DNA of 64,000 nt. Source: Pseudomonadota bacterium. Lineage in GTDB: Bacteria > Verrucomicrobiota > Verrucomicrobiia > Limisphaerales > SXTU01. Made by a program: the position numbers and the translations under genes. The stretch spans positions 13,069-77,068 of the forward strand of contig RFVF01000003.1 in assembly GCA_009922615.1 (NCBI GenBank). The letters run 5' to 3'. This document shows, piece after piece, positions 47,402 to 57,003 of this stretch. The number at the start of each line of letters is the position of its first letter. Position 1 is the first letter of the stretch. The notes under the pieces were generated by a model that saw only the letters and a program-made list of their open reading frames with translations, searched no databases and was not told the DNA's origin.

Positions 47402-47974
47402 ATGGCCCGCTCCGGTCGGCACAACTTCACCAGCGCCTTGCAAGCCAGCTTCGTGCTGGTCGGCTTGATGTTTCTCATCAAAGCGGTGGAAATGATCGCG
47501 GGCATTTCGTTCGCCGGGTTCGGCATCGCGCCGCGTGACCAGCATGGGTTGATCGGCTTGATCTTCAGCCCGCTCCTGCACGGAAATACAGCGCACCTCC
47601 TGGCCAACGCCGCGCCGCTCTTCATCCTGCTCACGTTGCTGTTTTGGGATCGCAAATATCATCCAGGTCGCACGCTCGTGCTGATCTGGCTCGCGAGTGG
47701 GCTGGGCACCTGGCTGATCGGCCGCGCGGGCGATCCAGCGCATCCGACGGTGCACATCGGGGCCAGCTCGGTGATCTATGGACTCGTGGTGTATCTGCTC
47801 GTGGCAGGATTTTTGATGGACAGTTGGCGCGCGGTGTTCGTGGCCATCGGGGTGGGCGTGGCTTACGGCGGGATTTTTTACGGGATGCTGCCGCAGTCCG
47901 GCCCGATTTCGTGGGAAGGCCATTTGTGCGGGGCCATCGCGGGGTTCTTCACCGCTCGTCACAATCACGCGTGA
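47402..47974 (+). CDS. rhomboid-family intramembrane serine protease
   Basis: ORF 47216..47974 overlaps the tRNA, so ATG 47402 is the likely start. HGNTAHLLANAAPL and GASSVIYG (GxSxxxxG) motifs. About 6 TM segments. Confidence 0.8.
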   Translation: MARSGRHNFTSALQASFVLVGLMFLIKAVEMIAGISFAGFGIAPRDQHGLIGLIFSPLLHGNTAHLLANAAPLFILLTLLFWDRKYHPGRTLVLIWLASGLGTWLIGRAGDPAHPTVHIGASSVIYGLVVYLLVAGFLMDSWRAVFVAIGVGVAYGGIFYGMLPQSGPISWEGHLCGAIAGFFTARHNHA

Positions 47975-48003
47975 ATGAGCGAACAATAACTGGCGCTGGC
48001 TTC

Positions 48004-48031
48004 AGCATTCGTCATTCGACATTCGAAATTC
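48004..48031 (+). repeat. four tandem degenerate heptamers (agcattc gtcattc gacattc gaaattc)
   Basis: Read directly in the sequence, in the leader of slyX. Confidence 0.85.
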
Positions 48032-48049
48032 CCCTGCCACTCTCGCGCC

Positions 48050-48262
48050 ATGGACACTGAGATCACCGCCCGGTTGGCGAAAATTGAATCCGCCCTCGCG
48101 CATCTGGAGCGCCAGCACGAGGAGCTTAACGGCGTCGTCGTGACGCAGGCGCAGCTCATCAGCCGGTTGCAAAAGGAAGTGGCCCGCGCCTCCGAAGCGA
48201 TGGAAAATCAGGAGCTGGAACGCATCCGCGCGAACAACCAGAAACCGCCGCACTATCAGTAA
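48050..48262 (+). CDS. slyX: SlyX-family protein
   Basis: 70 aa coiled coil. RLAKIESALAHLERQHEELNGVVVTQAQLISRLQKEV is typical of SlyX. Confidence 0.75.
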   Translation: MDTEITARLAKIESALAHLERQHEELNGVVVTQAQLISRLQKEVARASEAMENQELERIRANNQKPPHYQ

Positions 48263-48877
48263 AATCTCCGCGGCGGCGCTTTGGCGAAATTCGTCTCGCG
48301 CAGGTAAATCGGTTCCAGCTTCTCGCCCGGCACGAAATCCGTGCGTGCAGAAGCCAGCCGGGCCAGCTCACGCGCGGAAGGCGCAAGGTGAGTGACATTG
48401 GCAAACGGCAACTTCGCGTCGGGACTGACGAGCGTCACGTCGCTCAACATGGGCACTTGCGCCGCGCCGTAATTGAGCAGCTTCAACTCGCTCGTCTCGT
48501 GCCAGCCATTCGCTGCAAGCACCACGGAGCGCACATAAAACTCTCCCCGCAACGCATCAATCACGATCACCGCCATGCCGCGAATCCCCGCGGTGTGAGC
48601 GGTCGCCGCCAGCACGTCCGCGCTGCTCACGCCGAGCAATTTCACCCCGGCGCCGAGTTGCCAGCCTTGCGCCATCGCAATGGCCGAGCGCACGCCGGTG
48701 TAGGAACCCGGCCCCAGGCCAACAGCCACGCACTCGATCTGCTCGCGCTCCAGCCGCGCATCGCGCAACGCCGCCTCGACGAGCGCGAACGGCCCCGGCA
48801 CGAGCCCCTCGGCCTCCGCGCTGCCCAGCACTTGCCCGTGCTCGGCCACCGCCACCCCGCGTCGCGCGGAGGAGAAT

Positions 48878-48897
<20 letters not shown>
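48256..48897 (-). CDS. tsaB: tRNA t6A biosynthesis protein TsaB
   Basis: MKILALEFSSARRGVAVAE ... GLGPGSYTGVRSAIAMAQG is the canonical TsaB/YeaZ pattern. Confidence 0.85.
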
Positions 48898-49330
<433 letters not shown>

Positions 49331-49343
49331 GAGCCACCGATGG

Positions 49344-49490
49344 GCACAGATAGCCACAGATGAAGCGGGACGGAATTAGCCACGAAAGCGCGCATGGAGC
49401 GCAAAGCCGGATTCACCAAGGCGGCGCTCTGCGTTCTTTGCGCCCACTTGCAGCCATCCCATCTGTGCTGATCTGTGTTCATCTGTGGCT
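49344..49490. repeat. inverted-repeat-bounded intergenic element with 10-bp-phased CACAGAT/ATCTGTG motifs
   Basis: cacagat at 49345 and 49355 (10-bp spacing). atctgtg at 49461, 49471 and 49481 (10-bp spacing). A perfect 13-bp inverted repeat agccacagatgaa (49352-49364) / ttcatctgtggct (49478-49490). An internal 8-bp stem gcgcaaag/ctttgcgc. Confidence 0.8.
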
Positions 49491-50424
49491 AAGAAGCAAA
49501 GTGTTCGTAGCCGCGCAGGTTGAATTCCCGCAGGCCGCGTTCATCGCGCAGCCGCAGTCCGGGCGTGGCAGTGATCTTGCCCACACAGGAGAGCTTTACG
49601 TCAGGGAACTGCGCCTTCCACGCGTCCAGCAGCGGCACCGCGCTGCGGCTGGCCACGGTAAAGAGGAGTTCAAAATCCTCGCCGTCCGTGAGCGCGGCGA
49701 GCAATGGCGGCTTGGCGGACGACTCTTCGCGCGCCTGCAACTTCGCCGCTCGGCTCACGGGAATCGCCGCCGCGTGCAAGTCCGCCCCCACGCCGCTCGC
49801 GTCCAAAATATGCCGCAGGTCGCCGGCGAGCCCGTCGCTCAAGTCAATCATCGCGTGGATCGTGAACCGCTCGGCCAGCCAGCGTGCCTCCGCCAGACGT
49901 GGCTCGAAGTCCAGATGCCGCCCCGTCAGCGAGCCGCCCAGCGTGCCGGTGACGAAGATGGCATCACCCGCCTTCGCGCCCGAGCGGAGCACTTGCCGGC
50001 TGCGCGGCACGGTGCCGAGCAATGCGATCGAGAGCAGCAATCGCTCGGGGTTCATCGTCGTCTCGCCGCCGACGATCGCGACGCCGTGCTTCCGTGCGAG
50101 CGCGTTCATTCCGGCGTAAATGGCCTCGATGCGCGCGGGCTCGAACTTCGCCGGCAAGGCCAGCGTGACCACCGCGTGCGTAGGCGTGCCGGCCATCGCC
50201 GCGATGTCGCTGAGGCCGCGCGCGAGCGCCTTGTGCCCGATCTTCTCCGGCGACGCATCGGCGGTGAAGTGGACCCCCTCGACCACGGCATCGGTCTTGA
50301 AAAGCAGCAGGTGATGCGGCAGGCCGAGATCAAGCACGGCGCAATCATCGCCCGCGCCGGCGAGCACGGAAGCGTGCGTGGGCAGCGTGGCCTTGAGCTT
50401 CGCGATGAGGTCGAATTCTTTCAC
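49489..50424 (-). CDS. thiL: thiamine-monophosphate kinase
   Basis: The 563-aa track ORF is an over-extension. GTG 50424 (VKEFDLIAKL) overlaps the upstream stop (GTGA). GDDCAVL, KTDAVVEGVHF, GGETT and DLSDGLAGDL are ThiL motifs. Confidence 0.85.
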   Translation of the reverse strand: MKEFDLIAKLKATLPTHASVLAGAGDDCAVLDLGLPHHLLLFKTDAVVEGVHFTADASPEKIGHKALARGLSDIAAMAGTPTHAVVTLALPAKFEPARIEAIYAGMNALARKHGVAIVGGETTMNPERLLLSIALLGTVPRSRQVLRSGAKAGDAIFVTGTLGGSLTGRHLDFEPRLAEARWLAERFTIHAMIDLSDGLAGDLRHILDASGVGADLHAAAIPVSRAAKLQAREESSAKPPLLAALTDGEDFELLFTVASRSAVPLLDAWKAQFPDVKLSCVGKITATPGLRLRDERGLREFNLRGYEHFAS

Positions 50425-51197
50425 GGTGCTCCGTTCAGGAATTGGTCCAGCTCGCTCCGATACAGCAGCATGGTGAAGTTGGCCGCGTTGAACAAACTGT
50501 GCGTCAGGATGGGCGCGAGCAAGTTGCCGGTGCGCTCGTAGAGGAACACCAGAAACAGGGCCAGAAAGGTCAGTGGAATGAACGTGCTCAGGTTGGCGTG
50601 CATCAGGGCGAAAACGAGCGACGTGCCCCAGAGCGCGAGCTGTGGAAACCCGCGCTGCTTGATGGCCGGATAAAGGATGCCGCGAAAGAGAATCTCCTCC
50701 ACCAAAGGCGCGAACACGATCGCGAGCAGTGCAAAGAACACGCGCTGTTCCGTGGTCTCGGTTTGCTGGAGTGTCTGCACGAGCTTCTGCGCCTCGGGCT
50801 TCAAGTTCACCGCGTCCACCTTGTGCGCGACGAGTTCCTCGTGCAGACTCATGAGTCCGCGCTGGGCAAGATGCTGAAGCGTCAGGGTCACCGGCAAAGC
50901 CAGCAGCACACCCAGCAGCCCCAGCCCGAGAGCGCGCGGCAGGCCCGCCTTCCGCCAGCCGAATCCTTCGCGCCAGCCGATGCCGTGTGCACGGAGGAAC
51001 GCCGCCGTCATCAGCAGCACGCCGCCGTGTAAGACGACCGCGTTGGTGACCAGCATGTAGAATTTGCCCTCCAGGGTTTCCGCCGCCGCGCGGGGCAGGA
51101 ACGCGCTGGCGGTCAGCACGCCGATGGAGAGACAGAAACACACCCCCGCGACATAGCGCAGCAGCGGCTCCGTTTCCCATTTTCGTTCCGGCAACAC
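50421..51197 (-). CDS. CPBP-family intramembrane glutamic endopeptidase (CAAX protease-like)
   Basis: EEILFRGILYP, FALMHA and HSLFNA motifs, within a polytopic protein. Confidence 0.85.
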   Translation of the reverse strand: MLPERKWETEPLLRYVAGVCFCLSIGVLTASAFLPRAAAETLEGKFYMLVTNAVVLHGGVLLMTAAFLRAHGIGWREGFGWRKAGLPRALGLGLLGVLLALPVTLTLQHLAQRGLMSLHEELVAHKVDAVNLKPEAQKLVQTLQQTETTEQRVFFALLAIVFAPLVEEILFRGILYPAIKQRGFPQLALWGTSLVFALMHANLSTFIPLTFLALFLVFLYERTGNLLAPILTHSLFNAANFTMLLYRSELDQFLNGAP

Positions 51198-51293
51198 GCG
51201 CGCAGGCTAGTCGCGGCGCGGCGGCGAGAGAATGGAAAAGATGGCTGGGGAGCGGACGCCCACGTCGCCATCGTGCGCTCGTCGAACCTCATC

Positions 51294-52205
51294 TCAGAGT
51301 TCGCGCAGCTCCATCCACATCGCTGCGCGGAACGTTTCGCCCGGCGCGAGCACGGTGATTTCACCGGGCTGCGCGCGGGTAAACGAGTTGGGGAGCGCCG
51401 TCCACGGTTCGAGGCAGTAGAACGGCGCTTCCGTGTTGCGCGACCAAAGAGCGCAGTAGCGATGCTGCGGTGCGCCTTCCCAGTTCAGGATGATTTCCAA
51501 CTCGCTCGCCGGGTCCACGAGCGTGAGTTCGGGTTTGGAGAACTCGCCGAGGAACAGTGTGTGCGCCACGTCCTCCGCGACGCTGAGTTCCGTCGGCGCT
51601 TGAGCCGTGGCGGTGAACTGCTCGTGCCGCGCGTCCGGCGTGAGGCGCTGGCACGCGGGGATTTTCACGAAGCACTTGTTCCGCTCGCCGTGCGGCGTGA
51701 GCGGCACTTGGAAATACGGATGAATCCCCGTGCTAAAGGGCATCGGCCCCACGCCGCGATTCTCCACCACCTGCTCGAAGTGCAGGCGCCCGCCGTCTAG
51801 CCGGTAGGTCACGCGATGCCGGAACGCGAACGGATACACCGCGCGCGTCGCCTCGCTGTCCGTCAGTTCCATCGTCAACGCCGACTCACTGCGTGCCACC
51901 GCGTTCCACGCCGACCGCCGCGCGAAGCCGTGCTGCCCCAGCGCAAACTCGCGCCCGCCCCACCCGTAGTGATGCTCGCGCCCCGGCAGGTGATTGAAGC
52001 TGACCATCGGAAACAACAGCGGATTCCCCGCCCACATCTCCTTCGGATGCCGGTCCGCGACCGCCTGGCTGAAATGCAGCGCGTCCACCAGCCCGCGCTT
52101 CGCCGTGGGCCGCGCGTAACGCAGCAGCCACCCGCCGAGTTCCGGCGCGATGACGGCGAGAGAGCCGGTCGAATCGGCGAGTTGGATGAACTTGTCTTCG
52201 TTCAT
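51294..52205 (-). CDS. aldose 1-epimerase-family protein
   Basis: ORF 51294..52322, ATG 52205 (MNEDKF). NPLLFP, QHGFARRSAW, GIHPYFQ and YCLEPW motifs. Confidence 0.75.
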   Translation of the reverse strand: MNEDKFIQLADSTGSLAVIAPELGGWLLRYARPTAKRGLVDALHFSQAVADRHPKEMWAGNPLLFPMVSFNHLPGREHHYGWGGREFALGQHGFARRSAWNAVARSESALTMELTDSEATRAVYPFAFRHRVTYRLDGGRLHFEQVVENRGVGPMPFSTGIHPYFQVPLTPHGERNKCFVKIPACQRLTPDARHEQFTATAQAPTELSVAEDVAHTLFLGEFSKPELTLVDPASELEIILNWEGAPQHRYCALWSRNTEAPFYCLEPWTALPNSFTRAQPGEITVLAPGETFRAAMWMELREL

Positions 52206-52482
52206 GGCGTCGTTTTCAAGGACGAGAAAATGCAAACTATGCACATAAAGCGCAACCTCTGGGTGATTCCCACCTTGCTGGCCAGCAGACAACTGAACGA
52301 ACGGCGCTTGCGGATGGTTCAAAATCCCCGAAGACGAAGGTGACCTTGGAAATTCTGAGCACGTAAAATGCCCCGCCGCAGCCGTCGCGAAATCGCAACG
52401 AGAGCAGAAGCGGTGATCCTGAGGCCCGTCGCTTCGGAGTTGGGGCCGACGCCGTCTGCCCGCAAAAAACGCTGGCCCGTGC

Positions 52483-53130
52483 TCAGGCCTGGCGCTTCCG
52501 CCACTCGCGGAGGATTTCCACCAGCATCGGCAACACGGAGACGAAGATGATGCCCAGCACGACCAGCTCGAAGTTCTTCTTCACCCACGGCAGCGCGCCA
52601 AAGAACCAGCCCGCCGGCAGGATCAACCCGGCCCACGCGAGCGCGCCGGTCACGTTGAACAGCATGAAGCGCCGGTAGTCCATCGCGCCGCTGCCGGCCA
52701 CGAACGGCGCAAAGGTCCGCACGATGGGCACGAAGCGCGCGAGGATGATGGTCTTGCCGCCGTAACGCTCGAAAAACTCGTGGGTCTTCGCGAGATACTC
52801 GGGCTTGATGAGGCGCGGGTATTTCCGGGACAGCATCGCGCCGGCAAACTTGCCCACGGCGTAGTTCACCGTGTCGCCCAGCACGGCGGCGACGATCAGA
52901 ACCGCTCCGGCCGCAAAAACGTTCAATCCGCTGTCGGCGTTGGCCGCAATCGCGCCGACGGCGAAGAGCAGCGAATCGCCCGGCAGGAACGGCGTCACCA
53001 CCAGGCCCGTCTCAGCGAAGACGATGAGAAATAGGATGCCATACACCCACGCCCCGTGTTCGCGCGTGAGGTGATGCAGGTGATCCTGCAAGTGCAGGAA
53101 GAGGTCGAGGACTTGCTTGATGGCGTCCAT
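52483..53130 (-). CDS. DedA-family membrane protein
   Basis: GILFLIVFAETGLVVTPFLPGDSLLFAVG and ARFVPIVRTFAPFVAG are classic DedA motifs. Confidence 0.85.
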   Translation of the reverse strand: MDAIKQVLDLFLHLQDHLHHLTREHGAWVYGILFLIVFAETGLVVTPFLPGDSLLFAVGAIAANADSGLNVFAAGAVLIVAAVLGDTVNYAVGKFAGAMLSRKYPRLIKPEYLAKTHEFFERYGGKTIILARFVPIVRTFAPFVAGSGAMDYRRFMLFNVTGALAWAGLILPAGWFFGALPWVKKNFELVVLGIIFVSVLPMLVEILREWRKRQA

Positions 53131-53185
53131 GAGCGGGCGACGCTGCGGAAATCACCGGGGCGACGCAAGCGTCGAGTGCGGCCGG

Positions 53186-53548
53186 TCACCCACCGCGATA
53201 CACCGCCTGCGCCGTGCAGGTCTCGGCCACGACCACTTCGGTGAGCAGCGGAAGGCGGGGCTTAAGGTGGTCCCAGATCCACACGGCGACGATCTCGCTG
53301 GTGGGATTTTCGAGGCCCGGGATTTCGTTGAGGTAATGGTGGTCGAGCTGTTCCCACAACGGTTTGAACGCGGCTTTGATGTCCGCGTAGTCCATGAGCC
53401 AGCCCAGCTTCGGATCGCAGTCGCCAGTGATGACGATGTCCACCTTGAAGCTGTGCCCGTGCAGCCGACGGCATTTGTGCGTCTCAGGCAGCAGCGGCAG
53501 CAGGTGGGCAGCCTCGAATTGAAAAGTTTTGCGGAGTTCCATCATCAT
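53186..53548 (-). CDS. queD: 6-carboxy-5,6,7,8-tetrahydropterin synthase
   Basis: FEAAHLLP...[13 protein letters not shown]...[10 protein letters not shown]...LDHHYLN is the QueD/PTPS pattern. 120 aa. Confidence 0.85.
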   Translation of the reverse strand: MMMELRKTFQFEAAHLLPLLPETHKCRRLHGHSFKVDIVITGDCDPKLGWLMDYADIKAAFKPLWEQLDHHYLNEIPGLENPTSEIVAVWIWDHLKPRLPLLTEVVVAETCTAQAVYRGG

Positions 53549-53556
53549 AGGTGAAA

Positions 53557-53580
53557 AGTTTCTAGTTTTCAGTTTTCAGT
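53557..53580. repeat. tandem heptamers (agtttct agttttc agttttc agt) immediately upstream of the queD start
   Basis: Read directly in the sequence. Part of it (53568-53576) is complementary to 53614-53622 (aaaactgaa). Confidence 0.85.
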
Positions 53581-53635
53581 CCCGGGCGGCAGTCGCTTCA
53601 CTAAAAACTGAACCCTTGAAACGGAAAACTTGTGT

Positions 53636-55000
53636 TCATTGTTCCCAGTCCGTCCAGCGGACCATATCCCCCAGAAGGAGCCGTCCATCATGCCGCCACG
53701 TCAACGGCGGGTTTTGCATCTGACCCAGCGGGCACAGGCGGGTAGCGCCCCAGCGGGCAAACTGCTTCGCGAGCCCTTCCAACTCATGCTCCTGCGCGGC
53801 GAGGCCGACGGTCGAGGTGTGATCCCGCACCGGGTCGGCCCCGCGCAGGGCCTCGCCCACGTCCAACACGGGCTTCACGTAGATGAAGCGGTTCAGGCAC
53901 GAAAGCGCGAACCGCGCATCAGCCTCATAAACCACCGTCCACGCCGTTGAATCCGCGCTGCACCAATGACGGGTGGTTTCGGGGGAATGCGCGGCACGCA
54001 CTTCGTAGATGGCCCGGCGCGCGGCGATGTGCGCGGCATCCTCGGTGGAAATCTTCCCGCGCGGCTCGGCGGCCTCGCGCCGCTCCAGTTCGGCGGCGAG
54101 CTGCTCGGCAAATTGCAGCGCGAAACCAACATTGTTGTCCTCGACGTAGAAAACGTGCGGTGAAAGACAGCCCAGTTGGTCCCACGCGACCACGTCGGCG
54201 GCGGCGGCGGCAACAATCTTCTTCGCCCGCCAGCCGGAGATGGCTTCGCGCGTTATGTAGCCGAAACTGACTTGGTGTCCGTAGCCGGCGAAGCGCACGC
54301 GGGGCGGCAAAGCGCGGCGGACCTTCTCCACGGACACGTCCTCGCCTGTGGCCGTGACCGCGTCGCACTGCGCGAAGAGTGCTTCCTCCAGCGCGGGAGA
54401 GCCGCCCCGCCAGGCGGCAATTTCGATGCACGCCGCCAGCTTGGGCTCGCTGCCATAAAGGGAGTGGAGGAATACGCGCGGGAGGAATGCACCGCCGCGC
54501 GAGCACTTGATGAACTGCGCCGAGCGCGTAAGCAGACCGAGGAGGATGGCCATGAACGCGGCGTTCGGCACACAGCCCGCCGTGATGTGGCCGACCAGTT
54601 CCGGTCCCGTGGCGAGCGCGAGCCGGCGGGTGCGGCTGTCGCTGTTGCTGGCGCAGAACGCATCGAACCGGTGGGCCGGGCCGAGTTCTTGCGCCAGCAA
54701 GGCCTCGATATTTTCGCCGGTGAGCTGCTTGAAGAAATGGTCGAGCCCCGTGGCGAGCGTGTGCGCGGAAAAGCCCGTGTGCAACGGCCCTTCCTTGAGC
54801 GCGAACCGGCGGAAGGGATAGTCGTCACACAGCCAGTCCTCACCCGTGCGGACGAGCGTGCGCAGAATGCTGGGCGTGTCGCGCACGGCGAGGTAGTGCG
54901 CGCGGTTGCGCTTCAACGTGAGGCACGCATCGGTGACCATCGCGGGCGTGAGGTCAGCCTCCGGTGGCAGGTCGGCAAGGAAATAGTTGGGCAGGGTCAT
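53636..55000 (-). CDS. LuxC-like acyl-CoA (acyl-protein) reductase
   Basis: ORF 53636..55222, ATG 55000 (MTLPNYFLADLP). GHITAGCVPNAAFMAILLGLL, IKCSRG and WDQLGCLSPHVFYVE fit the LuxC family (aldehyde-dehydrogenase-like, catalytic Cys). Confidence 0.7.
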   Translation of the reverse strand: MTLPNYFLADLPPEADLTPAMVTDACLTLKRNRAHYLAVRDTPSILRTLVRTGEDWLCDDYPFRRFALKEGPLHTGFSAHTLATGLDHFFKQLTGENIEALLAQELGPAHRFDAFCASNSDSRTRRLALATGPELVGHITAGCVPNAAFMAILLGLLTRSAQFIKCSRGGAFLPRVFLHSLYGSEPKLAACIEIAAWRGGSPALEEALFAQCDAVTATGEDVSVEKVRRALPPRVRFAGYGHQVSFGYITREAISGWRAKKIVAAAAADVVAWDQLGCLSPHVFYVEDNNVGFALQFAEQLAAELERREAAEPRGKISTEDAAHIAARRAIYEVRAAHSPETTRHWCSADSTAWTVVYEADARFALSCLNRFIYVKPVLDVGEALRGADPVRDHTSTVGLAAQEHELEGLAKQFARWGATRLCPLGQMQNPPLTWRHDGRLLLGDMVRWTDWEQ

Positions 55001-55011
55001 GCGAGACGGAG

Positions 55012-56100
55012 TCAGGCCGCGAGCAATGAACAGCCACGCGCCTCGGCCGGCGCGGCGCGCCCGAGCAGCTCGAAGCCATCGCCGCGCCGGACGGCGAGGT
55101 CTTCTGTTTGCAGGGCGAGCACAGAGCCGACATTCGCGAGGTCGAAGATTCTGAGCAAGCCGGTTTCGCCGTCCGGGACTTCGCGTCCGGTTTCCGGCGA
55201 GACGACGAGCGCGCGGCACCAAGGGGGGAAATGGAAGACAGAGTGATTAGCGACGAGCGAGTAGGCCTGCGAGCTGAGTTCGCTCATGCCGTATTCGCAG
55301 ACGATGGATTCAGGAGGCACGCCCAGGCGGTCGGTGAGGAGCGCGTGCAATTCGGCCTTGGGCAACTCACGCGAACGGCCCTTGTAGCCGCCGGTTTCCA
55401 TCAGCCGCGACCCGGGCGGGAGCGTGAAGCACAAGCTGCGTCGAGCCAGTTCGTCCAGCATATGCACAAACATGAATGCGGTGCCGAGCAGCACTACCGA
55501 CTGGCCGGCAGACTCTGCTTCACGCAAAGCGTCGAGCGCAGCGGCGGAGTCGAGCTGCCAAGCCTTGTCCGCGCCGACGGTGGCGAGGAAGCGCGAACCC
55601 GATCCGCCAAACGTTGCGCTTACGCAGGCGAACATGTGGACCAGCGAAGAGTGCGGGGCGAGTTGCGGCGGCGGCGCAAGGCAAACCATCGCCGGGCGAA
55701 ATGCCGACCATGCAGTAGGTAGCACGTGTCGCGCGAACCACGGTCGCAGCGCGGCTTCATACACCGCCAGCGAGTCGGCGCTGTGGAAGTACCGGCTGGG
55801 CCGGTGCTCTGTCGTCCCGCTGGAGTGGAAAACGGCGACGCATTCGGATGGGGCAAGGCTCGTGAGTTCGAATTCCTTGAACGCGGCGGCAGGGACGGCG
55901 GGAATTTGCCGCCAGTCCCCAAGCGATTCCGGCGACACGCCCCGCGCCTCGCACAGCCGCCGATACGGCGCGACATGGGCAAATTGCAGCGCGAACAACT
56001 CGCGGACAAGCGTGGCAAACGCCGTATCGCCGCCGCCGCCGCGTTCAATGAACGCGCGGATGCGATGCGTGCAGGCGGTGAAAGATGACGTCGTCGTCAT
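55012..56100 (-). CDS. LuxE-like acyl-protein synthetase (adenylate-forming)
   Basis: LQFAHVAPYRRLCEARG ... AAFKEFEL ... VFHSSGTTEHRPSRYFH ... METGGYKGRS matches the LuxE (PF04443) pattern. Confidence 0.7.
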   Translation of the reverse strand: MTTTSSFTACTHRIRAFIERGGGGDTAFATLVRELFALQFAHVAPYRRLCEARGVSPESLGDWRQIPAVPAAAFKEFELTSLAPSECVAVFHSSGTTEHRPSRYFHSADSLAVYEAALRPWFARHVLPTAWSAFRPAMVCLAPPPQLAPHSSLVHMFACVSATFGGSGSRFLATVGADKAWQLDSAAALDALREAESAGQSVVLLGTAFMFVHMLDELARRSLCFTLPPGSRLMETGGYKGRSRELPKAELHALLTDRLGVPPESIVCEYGMSELSSQAYSLVANHSVFHFPPWCRALVVSPETGREVPDGETGLLRIFDLANVGSVLALQTEDLAVRRGDGFELLGRAAPAEARGCSLLAA

Positions 56101-56222
56101 GCGGTTTTAAGAGCTGGTGGGCCGCGACAGCGCGGGAAACTTCGTCCGTTTGCCGCCGGTCGTCGAGTGAGAAAAAGTCAGTGGTTTGAAACCCGCACGC
56201 CAGGCAGCGCGTCTCCGTTGCC

Positions 56223-56903
56223 ATGCAAATCAATCGCTTGCTGGTCGCGTTCAGCACTTTTGCCCTCGCCACATTGGTTTCCGCCGCCGAACCGGCTGCG
56301 GACTTGCCCACGACGATGAGTGAGCGCGGCAAACTGCTGTTCAGCGATGACTTTGCCGGAGACGCGCCGAAGGCCGAGTGGGGCCAGTTGAAGGGCAAGT
56401 GGGCCGTCGTCAACGGGGCGCTGCGCGGCTCGGAAGTGGAGACCGACAATCACGCGGCCGTCACGCGCAACCGCTTTGATTATCGCAACGCGGTGTTCCA
56501 GTTTTCCTTCAAGCTCGAGGGCTGCAAAACCGCCAGCCTGAGCCTGAACAATCAGGAAGGCCACGTCGGCCGCGTCATCCTCACGGCGAAGGATTTCACC
56601 GTGCAGCGCGACAAGCCCAACAAGAAGACCGATGCCAAAGCGGCGAAGCTCGACACCAAGGAAGCCAAGCTCGGCGACGGCCAGTGGCACACGCTCGTCG
56701 TCGAAGTGGTGAGCGACCGGATGCTGGCGAAGCTGGACGACAAAACCGTGGCGTTTGGCGAGCACGCGGGCCTGGACGTGGACAAGAAAGACTTCGGCTT
56801 CACCGTATCGGGCACCAGCCTGTTGGTGAAAAATGTCCGCGTCTGGGAGGCCGCACCGAAGAAGGACTTCGACAAGAAGAAGCTGGTCGCACTCAGGAAC
56901 TGA
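56223..56903 (+). CDS. secreted concanavalin/LamG-like (DUF1080-related) protein
   Basis: Signal peptide MQINRLLVAFSTFALATLVSA. FSDDFAGD...W....GKWAVVNGALRG ... GQWHTLVVEV ... VRVWEA. Confidence 0.45.
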   Translation: MQINRLLVAFSTFALATLVSAAEPAADLPTTMSERGKLLFSDDFAGDAPKAEWGQLKGKWAVVNGALRGSEVETDNHAAVTRNRFDYRNAVFQFSFKLEGCKTASLSLNNQEGHVGRVILTAKDFTVQRDKPNKKTDAKAAKLDTKEAKLGDGQWHTLVVEVVSDRMLAKLDDKTVAFGEHAGLDVDKKDFGFTVSGTSLLVKNVRVWEAAPKKDFDKKKLVALRN

Positions 56904-57003
56904 CCCCTGCGGGTCAATTTAGGGTGAGGCCCCGCCAAGCGAGGGAGAGCCGGGCGGGCGAGGTCCGGCTCCACTGTCCGCCGTTCAGTTCAATCACAGA
57001 CAT

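Noticed and set aside
49489-51180. 563-aa ORF suggesting a large ThiL fusion protein.
   Set aside because: The N-terminal 250 aa are an Arg-rich out-of-frame overlap of the CPBP protease gene. ThiL homology starts at GTG 50424.
53549-53635. Canonical preQ1-I riboswitch upstream of queD.
   Set aside because: A GGUUC start and an A-rich ACUAG tail are present, but the closing strand of P1 lies about 26 nt away instead of about 11 nt. It does not fit the consensus as I remember it, so it is reported only as a structured leader.
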